In this document: positions 37,594 to 47,691 of the stretch, piece after piece
How positions within the stretch are numbered: position 1 is the stretch's first letter
Layout of the letters: each line of letters starts with the position of its first letter
Assembly: GCA_963663385.2 (NCBI GenBank)
Contig: CAXXXD010000004.1
Location: forward strand, 576,001 to 640,000
DNA: 64,000 nt
Reading direction: 5' to 3'
DNA from: Oceanispirochaeta sp.
GTDB lineage: Bacteria; Spirochaetota; Spirochaetia; DSM-2461
Notes under the pieces: generated by a model
What the model was told of the DNA's origin: nothing
The model's input: only the letters and a program-made list of their open reading frames with translations
Database searches by the model: none
Program-made: the position numbers and the translations under genes

Positions 37594-38817
37594 ATGAGTT
37601 TTTCCCTGTTTCCGGAGGGTTCTGTTAAGAAAAATCTGGAATTTCTGATTTTAATACTTCTATCCCTGACATCCTGTGCCGGTATATCCGAGGAAGAACC
37701 GGAACCTCCCGAACAGATGGGGAAGTACATTGAATGGGATGATTTCAGTCGTGTAAGGATTCTTCCATTCGATGAGGGCAGTGAAAGCATGAGTTATCCC
37801 CGGATGGAAATTCTGGATAACGGAGACTATTTTCTGGTTTATGAATCCGTCTCAAAAGGGGCGGTCTTTTCCATCCTCAGTTCTGACCAGGGTGTAAGCT
37901 GGGGTAATCCGCAGCTGATATTCGATAAAAAAAACGGTATTAACAGCTCTGTTCCCGAGGTTGTTCAGCTGAGCGACGGCTCATTACTGGTTGCTGTGAA
38001 TTATCGTCCCTCAGGTCCGTATTCTGAAGATCGGAGGTTTGGTATAGCCGTGCGTAAAAGCAGAGATTACGGGGCTACCTGGGAAGATGAGCAGCTGCTG
38101 TATGAAGCGGGGTATCATTTTGAAGACGGGTGCTGGGAACCTTCTCTCCTTCAGCTGCCGGATGGAGAAATTCAGCTCTACTTTTCTAATGAAGCGCCGT
38201 ATCCTTTATCGGATGATCAGAATATTTCCATGCTCCGTTCCTATGATAACGGGAATTCCTGGACGGAAGAACCCGAGGTTGTCAGTTACAGGCGCAATAG
38301 CAGAGACGGTATGCCTGTTCCCCTGTTTCTTCCCGATAGAAATGAGATCCTGTTAGTTATAGAAGATAAATATTATGGCGAATTCAAACCTTCGATTGTT
38401 TCAGAAAAAGTAAACCAGAACTGGACACGGTCCTATGTCGATGCCAGTGATGACAGGAGAGACTTCAATCCTCTGGATGACTTTTTTTACAGTTCCATAT
38501 ATGCAGGAGCGCCCTATATTGACCGGCTTGGAAGCGGCGAGCTTGTTCTTTCTCTGCAGACAACTTTCGGGCGCGGAAGCGACTGGGATAAGTCAACCAT
38601 GATGGTATTTGTCGGTGAGACGGAGAGCCGGGAATTCTACTGGGGAACCGAGCCTTTTGAAGTGCCGGTTGAAAAGCGGGCCCTCTGGAATTCGCTGGTT
38701 GTAACAGAGGATGATGAAATACTGGCATTGACGTCTACAGATGCCTATTCTGCAAATGGGAATTCCGAGATCTGGCTGGTACGAGGTAAATTATGCCTTG
38801 TGGAACAGTCCCGATAA
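37594..38817 (+). CDS. BNR/Asp-box (sialidase-like beta-propeller) glycoside hydrolase lipoprotein
   Basis: Lipobox LLSLTSC; Asp boxes SSDQGVSW, SRDYGATW, SYDNGNSW; GCWEP, RDGMP, YAGAPY. Confidence 0.85.
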   Translation: MSFSLFPEGSVKKNLEFLILILLSLTSCAGISEEEPEPPEQMGKYIEWDDFSRVRILPFDEGSESMSYPRMEILDNGDYFLVYESVSKGAVFSILSSDQGVSWGNPQLIFDKKNGINSSVPEVVQLSDGSLLVAVNYRPSGPYSEDRRFGIAVRKSRDYGATWEDEQLLYEAGYHFEDGCWEPSLLQLPDGEIQLYFSNEAPYPLSDDQNISMLRSYDNGNSWTEEPEVVSYRRNSRDGMPVPLFLPDRNEILLVIEDKYYGEFKPSIVSEKVNQNWTRSYVDASDDRRDFNPLDDFFYSSIYAGAPYIDRLGSGELVLSLQTTFGRGSDWDKSTMMVFVGETESREFYWGTEPFEVPVEKRALWNSLVVTEDDEILALTSTDAYSANGNSEIWLVRGKLCLVEQSR

Positions 38818-38860
38818 GGCAATTTTAATCTTTTCAAGTTCCCCCTGTAATACAGAAAGT

Positions 38861-38994
38861 ATAGGAATAATTCCTATATTCAGGAAACTGTGCAGATTTT
38901 TTTCGAATGCGTAAAACTATATAAAATAAGTAAATAAAAATAATTTATTCCATTATTTAAATAAACCTGTATTTAAGATAGGCAAAAATCCTAT
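38861..38994. promoter_or_regulatory. two further ATAGG(A/C)-N5-TCCTAT palindromes upstream of the glycan operon
   Basis: ataggaataattcctat (38861-38877), ataggcaaaaatcctat (38978-38994). Confidence 0.5.
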
Positions 38995-39051
38995 AGGCAA
39001 TTAATTGCCCGGGTTGCTAGTATTCCAGCAATCAGGAATTTTAGGGAAGAA

Positions 39052-40707
39052 ATGGGATACCAGGTTTTACAGAATATTGTTTTCTCTCAGAGTGATTTTG
39101 CCCCGCAGGAGGTTTTTTACAAAAGTGAAAAGTCTTTTCCTGTCAAAAAAGGCCTGGTTCTGGATCAGGATGGCACACTGGATTTCTTCTCTTATTTTAA
39201 CATGTTCTCCTGGGATAAATGGCAGGAGTATACGGGTGTAAGCTCTCTCAGCCTGGTTCTTGATCTGGCGGGCAGCTGTGAGGTTGCCATACGGTGCCTG
39301 GACTCATCCGGGAAGGTGCAGGGAGAATCCGTTACATTACTTCAAACCGGCGGCGATATTCTGCTGGATGTGCCGGATAAAATATGTTCAGGGCATATAG
39401 GCTTTTCAATCAGAGCTAAAAGTCCCGTCTGTTTAAAATCCGCCTACTGGGGTACCTGCTCGGGCAGTTTTCGCAGGGATATCAGAACTGCAGTCGTTTT
39501 CTGTTCCTTCAATCGGGATGAATATCTGTATCCCAATCTTAAAGTTATACGAAATGAAGAGCTGAATAATCTGGATGTGTTTGTAGTCGATAACGCTTCC
39601 CGGATAGACGAGAACAGAATCAGGGCGATCAGTGAGAATTTCTATCTGTTCCATAACCCCAATACCGGCGGGAGCGGCGGTTTTACCAGGGGTATCCTTG
39701 AAGCTGTTAAAAGCAGCAGGGGGTATACCCATGTTCTGCTGATGGATGATGATATCAGACTGAACGGAGAGACCCTTTTCCGGGCTCAGGCTCTGATCTC
39801 ACTGCTGAAACCGGAGTATCAGAAGCACTTTCTCTCAGGGGCTATGCTGCAGCTGGATAAACCGCAAATGATGTTTGAGTCCACTGCAAGATGGAACGGG
39901 TTTCGTGTCAAAAACTATAAAAAAGATCTTGATATTACCCAGGTTAAGAACATCTGTCTGGCAGACAAGGATGAGAAAAGGGATAACTGCTACGCAGCCT
40001 GGTGGTTCTGCGGTATTCCTCTCTCCGACGGAATAGAAAACGATCTGCCTTTTCCGTTTTTTATTTACGGCGACGATATGGATTACAGTTTTAAGCGGGC
40101 TCCCGGACTTTTAACAATGAATGGCATTGCGGTCTGGCATGAATCCTTTGCCAGGAAATTCTCACCCCTGTTCAAGAGTTACTTTTTCTGCCGGAATACG
40201 ATGATTCTGAACAGTCTGCATTCAAAAAAATTCAATTATTTTCATAATGCGGTAAACAGCGCCGCTCATTTCTTTGTACAGCTGTTTGTGCATGATTACC
40301 GTTCGGCTTCCCTGGCTCTTGACGCTGTAGAGGATTACCTCGAAGGGGCTGAATATGTTGCTGCTCTGGATGAGCAGGATATTCTCAAATACAAGAGTAT
40401 GCCTACTGATTTCAAAGCCCGTTCAAAGAAGGAGTTAAAGGGGGCTTATCCTATCCAGGACAATTTCAGGAGGTGGTTCAGCCCCTGGTATTTTCTGCAC
40501 AGGAAGCTGGCTGTGTATAACTATGAACAAAGCGGGGCTGAGATACGAACCCGTTCGGTCAGAAAGATCCTGGCCCTGCTGAACCGTTATTTCAAACTGC
40601 GCTTTTTATTCATTCTGCGTTATCCAAAGGTTAGCCCCGGTTACAGGAAGCTGGAAAGAGGTCTGCAGTTCTGGCAGGACCGTCTCTATGTGTCGGAGGG
40701 TGCCTGA
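39052..40707 (+). CDS. GT2 glycosyltransferase, galactofuranosyltransferase (GlfT2-like)
   Basis: YFNMFSWDKW N-terminal domain, VVDN, NTGGSGGFTRG, LMDDDI, YAAWWFC, FFIYGDDMDY; adjacent to glf. Confidence 0.85.
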   Translation: MGYQVLQNIVFSQSDFAPQEVFYKSEKSFPVKKGLVLDQDGTLDFFSYFNMFSWDKWQEYTGVSSLSLVLDLAGSCEVAIRCLDSSGKVQGESVTLLQTGGDILLDVPDKICSGHIGFSIRAKSPVCLKSAYWGTCSGSFRRDIRTAVVFCSFNRDEYLYPNLKVIRNEELNNLDVFVVDNASRIDENRIRAISENFYLFHNPNTGGSGGFTRGILEAVKSSRGYTHVLLMDDDIRLNGETLFRAQALISLLKPEYQKHFLSGAMLQLDKPQMMFESTARWNGFRVKNYKKDLDITQVKNICLADKDEKRDNCYAAWWFCGIPLSDGIENDLPFPFFIYGDDMDYSFKRAPGLLTMNGIAVWHESFARKFSPLFKSYFFCRNTMILNSLHSKKFNYFHNAVNSAAHFFVQLFVHDYRSASLALDAVEDYLEGAEYVAALDEQDILKYKSMPTDFKARSKKELKGAYPIQDNFRRWFSPWYFLHRKLAVYNYEQSGAEIRTRSVRKILALLNRYFKLRFLFILRYPKVSPGYRKLERGLQFWQDRLYVSEGA

Positions 40708-40708
40708 T

Positions 40709-41860
40709 ATGTTGAGAAGAATCGATGCTGTAATAGCGGGCGCGGGGATCAGCGGCCTTACTGTCGCCCGGGGACTGGCGGAAAAAGGAAAGAAGGTCAT
40801 CGTTGTAGAAAGAGGCAGTACCATAGGCGGGCACTGTTATGATTATGTCAACGATCACGGGATTCTCATTCAGCCCTACGGTCCCCATATTTTCCATACG
40901 AATAACCGGGGGGTGTGGGATTTCCTCTCCCGTTTTACCGAATGGAATCCGTACCATCACTCCGTGGGCGGGTATATCGACGGTCAGCTGATTCCCATCC
41001 CCTTTAATCTGAATACCCTGCATAAACTGCTGCCTCAGCAGCTGGGGCAGCGGATTGAAGAGAAGCTTTTAAAGGCTTTTCCCCTGGGAACACGGGTGCC
41101 TATTTTAAAACTGAGAGAGTCTGATGATGAGGATCTTCAGTTTCTGGCTGAGTATGTGTACGAGAAGATTTTTCTGAACTATACCCTGAAGCAATGGGGG
41201 GGCAAAAGGCCGGAGGAACTGGACTCTTCCGTTTCGTCCCGGGTGCCTGTGGTTATTTCACGGGACGACCGGTACTTTGACGATACCTATCAGGGAATTC
41301 CCCTTAAGGGATTCAGTGTGCTTATGCAGCAGATGGCGGACCATCCCAATATCCACCTTCTTTTAAATACGGATGTGCATGAGCTGATTAAGATCGAAGA
41401 TAAAAAACTCCTTTTAAACGGCCACTCTTTTGACGGTCACTATATTCATACCGGGCCGATAGATGAGCTTTTTGACTGTTGTTACGGCAATTTGCCCTAC
41501 CGTTCCTTAAAGATTGAATTTGAGAGCTTTCCCTATGAGGGGAGCTATCAGGATAAGGGGGTGGTGAACTACCCCAATAATTATGATTTTACCCGTATTA
41601 CCGAATTCAAGCATTTTCAGCGAAACAGGGTAAATCAGCATACGACCATTGGCCGGGAGTATCCCCAGCCATATATAAAGGGGAAAAACCAGCCCTTTTA
41701 TGTAATTGATAATGCGGAAAACCGGAGACTCTACGGATTGTATAAAACCGCGGCGGAGAGGGTTAGTAACCTGGTCTGTCTGGGGCGTCTGGGAGAGTAC
41801 CGTTACTATGACATCGACGAAGCTGTGGAAGTGGCTTTGCAGGTGGCTCAGGAGCTTTAG
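40709..41860 (+). CDS. glf: UDP-galactopyranose mutase
   Basis: GAGISG, IGGHCYD, YGPHIFHT, DDRYF..YQGIP, LPYRSL, TRITEFKHF, GRLGEYRYYD. Confidence 0.96.
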   Translation: MLRRIDAVIAGAGISGLTVARGLAEKGKKVIVVERGSTIGGHCYDYVNDHGILIQPYGPHIFHTNNRGVWDFLSRFTEWNPYHHSVGGYIDGQLIPIPFNLNTLHKLLPQQLGQRIEEKLLKAFPLGTRVPILKLRESDDEDLQFLAEYVYEKIFLNYTLKQWGGKRPEELDSSVSSRVPVVISRDDRYFDDTYQGIPLKGFSVLMQQMADHPNIHLLLNTDVHELIKIEDKKLLLNGHSFDGHYIHTGPIDELFDCCYGNLPYRSLKIEFESFPYEGSYQDKGVVNYPNNYDFTRITEFKHFQRNRVNQHTTIGREYPQPYIKGKNQPFYVIDNAENRRLYGLYKTAAERVSNLVCLGRLGEYRYYDIDEAVEVALQVAQEL

Positions 41861-42009
41861 GCTCGTCATTCTGCTGTACTGTTTCGGCGGCGGCAGAAGG
41901 ATTTTTCTTTAATCGGGATGGAATTGTTTCATCCTGTCTTTAGAAAACGCCTTAAAAATCTTTGGGGTGGGTAGGGAGAGGTCCGCCCGCTGAATAAATG
42001 AGGAATAAA

Positions 42010-42915
42010 ATGAACTATTTTCAGAGTATTACCAAAAAGCTGGAAGCGGAAAGTATTGATATTATCAGAGAGGTTACAGCCGAATTTGAAAAGCCTGTAA
42101 TGCTCTACTCTATCGGGAAAGATTCATCTGTAATGCTGCATCTGGCTCAGAAAGCTTTTGCCCCGGGAAAGATCCCCTTTCCCCTGATGCATGTGGATAC
42201 AACATATAAATTCCCCGAAATGATTACATTCCGGGATGAGTACTGTGCCAAAATCGGTGCCAACCTGATTGTTCATATCAATCAGGATGCAGTAGACGGC
42301 GGGGCCGACCCCTGGAGTCTGGGAACTGTTAAATGCTGTTCCCTTTTAAAAACAAAAGCTTTGCTGGACTCTCTTAAAGAAGGGGAGTTTGATGCGGCCT
42401 TTGGCGGTGCCCGCAGGGATGAGGAAAAATCCCGGGCTAAAGAGAGAATTTTCAGCTTTAGAGATGCTCATGGTCAGTGGGATCCTAAAAATCAGAGGCC
42501 GGAACTGTGGAGCCTTTATAACGGACAGATTAATAAGGGAGAATCCATTCGGGTATTTCCCCTTTCCAACTGGACCGAACTGGATATTTGGACATACATC
42601 AAACAGGAGAATATCCCTATCAGTGAGCTATACTTTGCCAAAAAACGTCCCATGGTACGAAGAAGCGGTATGCTTATTCCCTATGTGGAAGGAGAAACTC
42701 CTTTAAAGGATGATGAACAGCCGGAAAATATTATGTGTCGGTTCAGAACCCTGGGCTGCTGGCCCTGTACGGGGGCTGTTGAATCCGATGCGGCGACTCT
42801 GGATGATATTATTATGGAAACCATGACAGTTTCCGTCAGTGAGCGTTCCACCCGTATTATTGACCATGACCAGGAAGGTTCCATGGAGCAAAAAAAGCGA
42901 GAAGGGTACTTCTGA
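42010..42915 (+). CDS. cysD: sulfate adenylyltransferase subunit 2
   Basis: [60 protein letters not shown]; alternative start 41998. Confidence 0.97.
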   Translation: MNYFQSITKKLEAESIDIIREVTAEFEKPVMLYSIGKDSSVMLHLAQKAFAPGKIPFPLMHVDTTYKFPEMITFRDEYCAKIGANLIVHINQDAVDGGADPWSLGTVKCCSLLKTKALLDSLKEGEFDAAFGGARRDEEKSRAKERIFSFRDAHGQWDPKNQRPELWSLYNGQINKGESIRVFPLSNWTELDIWTYIKQENIPISELYFAKKRPMVRRSGMLIPYVEGETPLKDDEQPENIMCRFRTLGCWPCTGAVESDAATLDDIIMETMTVSVSERSTRIIDHDQEGSMEQKKREGYF

Positions 42916-43718
42916 TGCTCTCCATTCTGGATAAAACGACGATTCTTGAACTCATTCAAAAAGCTGGAGAAGCGGTAATGCTGGTTTATAACAAGCCGGA
43001 GCTTTTTCAGGTTGAATATAAAGAGGATAATTCGCCCCTGACCATGGCGGATACCCATTCTCACAACATTATCACTTCCTTTCTGAAGGAGAACTACCCG
43101 GATATTCCGGTTATATCCGAAGAGGATGGCGCTGTGATGAGCTGGGATGCCCGGTCAAAACTGGATGAGTTCTGGCTGGTGGATCCACTGGATGGAACCA
43201 AGGAATTTATAAAGCGAACAGATGATTTTACAGTGAATATCGCTCTGGTACAGAATGGGATCCCTGTCTGGGGAACAGTTTTTGCCCCGGCACGGGATTG
43301 GTTGTATTATGGCGGTCCTGAGGGGGGTGCCTGGAAAATGACAAACGGGTCAATCCCCATACAGCTTCCCATGGAGCAGGACCGACCGGAAGGAGAGATT
43401 GTTGCGGTCAGGAGTAAATCCCATAGCCATCCTGATGAAGAGCTGGTTCTGGATGCCCACAAGGTTAACAACACCATCAGTATAGGCAGCAGTTTGAAAT
43501 TCTGTATGGTGGCCGAAGGGGCGGCGGATGTGTATTACCGCAAGGGTCCTACCTGGGAGTGGGATACGGCGGCGGCTCATGCGGTTGTTCTCGGTTCGGG
43601 AGCTGTTGTTATGGAGCACGACGGCAGCGACCGGATTCCCCTGGAATACAACAAGAAGACTCTTAAAAACGACTACGGTTTTATTTGCAAAAGGATATAT
43701 GACTATGAACTCTATTGA
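42915..43718 (+). CDS. cysQ: 3'(2'),5'-bisphosphate nucleotidase
   Basis: SPLTMAD, ISEE, WLVDPLDGTKEFI, GSSLKFC, EWDTAAAHA. Confidence 0.95.
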   Translation: MLSILDKTTILELIQKAGEAVMLVYNKPELFQVEYKEDNSPLTMADTHSHNIITSFLKENYPDIPVISEEDGAVMSWDARSKLDEFWLVDPLDGTKEFIKRTDDFTVNIALVQNGIPVWGTVFAPARDWLYYGGPEGGAWKMTNGSIPIQLPMEQDRPEGEIVAVRSKSHSHPDEELVLDAHKVNNTISIGSSLKFCMVAEGAADVYYRKGPTWEWDTAAAHAVVLGSGAVVMEHDGSDRIPLEYNKKTLKNDYGFICKRIYDYELY

Positions 43719-45615
43719 CGATTTAATGGCTATAAACGAGTCTTCCGACTTGCTGCGGTTTTCAACAGCGGGGAGTGTGGACGATGGAAAATCCACCTTA
43801 ATTGGAAGGCTTCTGCACGACTCCAATAATATCTATGAGGATCAGCTGAAATCGGTCGGTAAGGATTCGGAAAAGCTGGGAAGGGAGCTTGATCTGGCTC
43901 TGCTGATGGACGGCCTGAAATCCGAGCGGGAACAGGGCATTACCATCGATGTGGCCTACCGGTATTTCTCCACTCCAAAAAGACGTTTTATCATCGCCGA
44001 TACTCCGGGTCATGAGCAATATACCCGGAATATGGCCACCGGTGCGTCTACTGCCGATCTGGCTGTTATTCTGGTGGATGCGGAAAACGGTTTACTCACT
44101 CAAACCAAGCGTCACAGTTTTATTTCGGCCCTTTTTCATATTCCCCATATCGTTGTTGTTGTAAACAAGATGGACCTTGTCGGCTGGTCGGAAGAGCGGT
44201 TTAACGAGATTGTGGAGGAGTATAAAGACTTCGCTATGCGCCTGGAGATGAAGGATATCACCTTTATTCCCATCAGCGCTCTGAAAGGAGACAATGTCGT
44301 AAATCAGTCCGACAATATGAAATGGTATGAGGGGGCAACTCTGCTGCATTATCTGGAAACGGTGTATACCGGCTCCAGTCGTAATATGGTGGATTTCCGT
44401 TTCCCTGTTCAGTATGTAAACAGGCCGAATCATCGTTTTAGAGGATTCTGCGGGACCATCGCTTCCGGGATTGTCCGTCCGGGAGATGAGGTTACCATTC
44501 TGCCTTCGGAAAAGACCACAAAGATTAAATCCGTTATTGACGGCGGTGAGTATATAGATGAAGCTTTTGCTTCCATGGCGGTTACTCTGGAAACGGAAGA
44601 TGAGGTGGATATCAGCCGGGGGGACTTTATTGTTCACTCGGGGAACCATCCTTTTGTCAGTGATGATCTGGAAGCCATGATGATCTGGATGAATGAAACT
44701 CCCTTAAAGGTGGGTACCGAATATATTCTGAAGCAGGGGTCCCGGCGAGAACGTTTTGTTTTCAGGGATGTCACCTTCAAAATCAATCCGGAAGATCTGC
44801 ACCGCATTGAGGCCGATTCGCTTCAGCTGAATGAGATAGGCCGGGTAAATCTCTCCCTGTTTAAACCTATCCCTTACGATGAATATCATAAGAACAGATC
44901 TACGGGTAACTTTATTGTTATAGACAGGATGAAAAACCTGACTGTGGGTGCTGGTATGATTATCAAGAAAAGCAAGAAACAGACCAGTGAGACCCGGTCC
45001 GGTAACAGAGATAGTAACGCTATACGAAATATATTCCCCCAGGTGGGGCAGGTTTCTCATAGCGATCGTTGTTCCCTGATGGGGCAGGTTCCCAAAACAA
45101 TCTGGCTGACGGGTTTGAGCGGTTCCGGGAAGAGTACCATTGCTTTTGCTCTGGAGAAGAAACTGTTTGATTTATCCAAACCCTGCTATGTGCTGGACGG
45201 GGATAATATCCGGAGCGGTATAAATAAGGATATGAGTTTTTCTTCCGAAGACAGAAAAGAGAATATCCGAAGAATTTCGGAAATTGCCAAACTGTTTAAC
45301 GATGCTGGTATGACGGTGATTACGTCTTTTATTTCCCCTTTTGAAGAGGATCGTTTAATCGCTAAAGAGATTATCGGAGAAGAACGGTTTACTGAGGTGT
45401 ATGTCAATACGCCATTGGATATCTGTCAGGAACGGGATCCGAAAGGGTTGTATAAGAAGGCTCTGGCCGGTGAGATCCGGAACTTTACGGGGCTGGATTC
45501 GCCTTATGAGGCTCCTGACGGTCCGGATCTGGAGATCAGGACAGTTATCAGTTCGGTGGATCAGGCTGTTGAAATGATTGTGGATTATATTGATGCGGGA
45601 GTTGTTGAGGTTTAA
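43699..45615 (+). CDS. cysNC: bifunctional sulfate adenylyltransferase subunit 1 / adenylylsulfate kinase
   Basis: GSVDDGKSTLIGRL, EREQGITIDVAYRYF, DTPGHEQYTRNM; C-terminal APS kinase TGLSGSGKST, LDGDNIR, RDPKGLY. Confidence 0.96.
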   Translation: MTMNSIDDLMAINESSDLLRFSTAGSVDDGKSTLIGRLLHDSNNIYEDQLKSVGKDSEKLGRELDLALLMDGLKSEREQGITIDVAYRYFSTPKRRFIIADTPGHEQYTRNMATGASTADLAVILVDAENGLLTQTKRHSFISALFHIPHIVVVVNKMDLVGWSEERFNEIVEEYKDFAMRLEMKDITFIPISALKGDNVVNQSDNMKWYEGATLLHYLETVYTGSSRNMVDFRFPVQYVNRPNHRFRGFCGTIASGIVRPGDEVTILPSEKTTKIKSVIDGGEYIDEAFASMAVTLETEDEVDISRGDFIVHSGNHPFVSDDLEAMMIWMNETPLKVGTEYILKQGSRRERFVFRDVTFKINPEDLHRIEADSLQLNEIGRVNLSLFKPIPYDEYHKNRSTGNFIVIDRMKNLTVGAGMIIKKSKKQTSETRSGNRDSNAIRNIFPQVGQVSHSDRCSLMGQVPKTIWLTGLSGSGKSTIAFALEKKLFDLSKPCYVLDGDNIRSGINKDMSFSSEDRKENIRRISEIAKLFNDAGMTVITSFISPFEEDRLIAKEIIGEERFTEVYVNTPLDICQERDPKGLYKKALAGEIRNFTGLDSPYEAPDGPDLEIRTVISSVDQAVEMIVDYIDAGVVEV

Positions 45616-46415
45616 TGGAATCAGTGCTTTCCTTTTTTAAGGCGTTAAGAGAGAACCGCTATCTGATTTATCAGCTTACTATGCGGGATGTGACTAGCCA
45701 GTATAAGAAGTCGAAGCTGGGGATGTTTTGGTCTCTGGCGGAACCTCTGGCTTTTATGGGTATACTTTATTTGGTTTTTGGTGTGGGGCTAAGAGCAGGT
45801 CAATCCATGGAAATGCCTTTTTTGTGCTATTTGGTTAGTGGAATGGCTGTAGTTCAGTATTTTACGGGAACCTTGAGCCAGGGGAGTATGGCTGTTCGGG
45901 TACATGCGTATCTTCTCAAAAAGATTAATTTCCGTTTGAGTATCCTCCCCGTCTCCACGGTGCTCACTGGTGTTATCAATCATCTGATTTTCCTTGCAGC
46001 TGCGTTAGTAGTTTTTCTGTTCAAAGGAATCTATCCCGATTGGTACTGGTTGCAGATACTCTATTATATGCTGGCTTTATCACTACTCCTGTTGGGAATT
46101 TCTTGGCTTACTTCCTCTGTTGGTGTTTTTATGCCCGATCTTCAGCATATTGTGAGTATTTTCGGTAGATTACTTTTTTATGTTACTCCAGTTTTCTGGA
46201 GTATCGACATGCTGAGTCCCAGACTGCAGTACTACTTGAAGTTTAATCCTTTGTTTTATATCGCCATGGGGTATAGAGAGTCTCTCTTCTATGGTGTGCC
46301 TTTTTGGAAACATCCTGTTCAGACCTGGTATTTCTGGGGTTGGGTGGTTTTGATGCTGTTAGTAGGTGTGTTTGTTTTTAGAAAACTTCGGCCACAGTTT
46401 GCGGATTATATTTGA
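45615..46415 (+). CDS. wzm: polysaccharide ABC exporter permease
   Basis: RDVTSQYKKSKLGMFWS, LLKKINF, DLQHIV, YVTPVFW, FNPL. Confidence 0.9.
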   Translation: MESVLSFFKALRENRYLIYQLTMRDVTSQYKKSKLGMFWSLAEPLAFMGILYLVFGVGLRAGQSMEMPFLCYLVSGMAVVQYFTGTLSQGSMAVRVHAYLLKKINFRLSILPVSTVLTGVINHLIFLAAALVVFLFKGIYPDWYWLQILYYMLALSLLLLGISWLTSSVGVFMPDLQHIVSIFGRLLFYVTPVFWSIDMLSPRLQYYLKFNPLFYIAMGYRESLFYGVPFWKHPVQTWYFWGWVVLMLLVGVFVFRKLRPQFADYI

Positions 46416-46416
46416 T

Positions 46417-47682
46417 ATGAATGCTATAGAAATTAAAAAATTAACTAAAACCTATAAGCTTTATGAACGGAATGTCTATGATCGGTTTGCGGATACATTC
46501 CTGCCTGGAAAGAAAAAACGGCATAGAGAGTTTCATGCTCTGAAAGAAATTAATTTGACTGTTAAGAAAGGGGAAATTCTAGGAATTATCGGACGGAATG
46601 GAGCTGGGAAGTCTACATTGCTTAAGATAATTTCCGGGATTACACAGCCTACTTCTGGTTCTGTTGAGGTTAACGGGCGAGTTGTTGCTCTGCTAGAGTT
46701 GGGAGCTGGGTTCAATCCAGAATATACGGGTCGTGAGAATATTTACTTTACTTGTGCACTTCAAGGAATGAAGAAAGAAGAAATTGATGCTGTTTATCAT
46801 GAAATCGTGGACTTTTCGGAATTAGGTGAGTTTATAGATGTCCCTGTGAAAAAATATTCAAGTGGAATGAAAGCTAGGTTAGGATTTGCTACTTCGATAA
46901 ATATGGATCCCGAAATCCTTATTCTAGATGAAATACTTGCAGTAGGAGATGAACTCTTTAAGCATAAGTGTAGAACATTTCTCAATCTTTTTATCGAAAA
47001 GAAAAATAAAACTATATTACTTGTTTCACATGATCTTCAAAATATTAAATATATCTGTAATAGGGCTTTGTTGATTAATAGAGGTGAAATAATTTTAACT
47101 GGTAGCTCAAAGTTAGTTACAAATCAATATAGAATAGTTAATTCATTGGAGAGTGAAGAAAAAAAAGAAAAAATAAATCAGTTAAAAAAGATAAATAATG
47201 ATCGGAAAATAAAAGAAAGTTGGGAAAAAAAAATAATTGAGAATAATCTTCATCATAGATTGAAAAAAAGTAAAGAATATAAAAGAGTTGAAATAATTAA
47301 TGAAGGAATTATTTTATTTTCTGACTGTAGTATCATAAACCCATTAAATCAGAAAGTAGATGAAACTGTTTGGGGCGAAAAATATTGTATTACCCTAAAT
47401 TTAAAACTGACAGAAATAATAAATAATATCTTAATTAATGTGATTATATATAATTCACATAATTCAGATGTGTCTGGATTTAAAATTGAAAAAAATAGCA
47501 ATTTTAATGGAACTATTTCTATTAAGAAAGATTTCTTTACATACTTAAATAATGGTATCTATGGCTTGAAAGTAGAAAGCTATGTTAATGATAAACTAAT
47601 ATACAGTGCATATGATATATATGTTTTTAAAGTATGGAATGAAAGTGATAATTTAGGAATTGTTAGCCTTTTTAGTGAGTAA
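46417..47682 (+). CDS. wzt: polysaccharide ABC exporter ATPase with C-terminal Wzt-C-like domain
   Basis: GRNGAGKSTL, LLELGAGFNPEYTGREN, YSSGMKARL, DEILAVGD, VSHD; ~190-aa C-terminal extension. Confidence 0.92.
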   Translation: MNAIEIKKLTKTYKLYERNVYDRFADTFLPGKKKRHREFHALKEINLTVKKGEILGIIGRNGAGKSTLLKIISGITQPTSGSVEVNGRVVALLELGAGFNPEYTGRENIYFTCALQGMKKEEIDAVYHEIVDFSELGEFIDVPVKKYSSGMKARLGFATSINMDPEILILDEILAVGDELFKHKCRTFLNLFIEKKNKTILLVSHDLQNIKYICNRALLINRGEIILTGSSKLVTNQYRIVNSLESEEKKEKINQLKKINNDRKIKESWEKKIIENNLHHRLKKSKEYKRVEIINEGIILFSDCSIINPLNQKVDETVWGEKYCITLNLKLTEIINNILINVIIYNSHNSDVSGFKIEKNSNFNGTISIKKDFFTYLNNGIYGLKVESYVNDKLIYSAYDIYVFKVWNESDNLGIVSLFSE

Positions 47683-47691
47683 TAAACTGGT

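Noticed and set aside
41886..41900. ops/JUMPstart-like GGCGGCAG upstream of cysD
   Set aside because: One mismatch to GGCGGTAG, lacks the rest of the element, and no RfaH/NusG paralogue in the window
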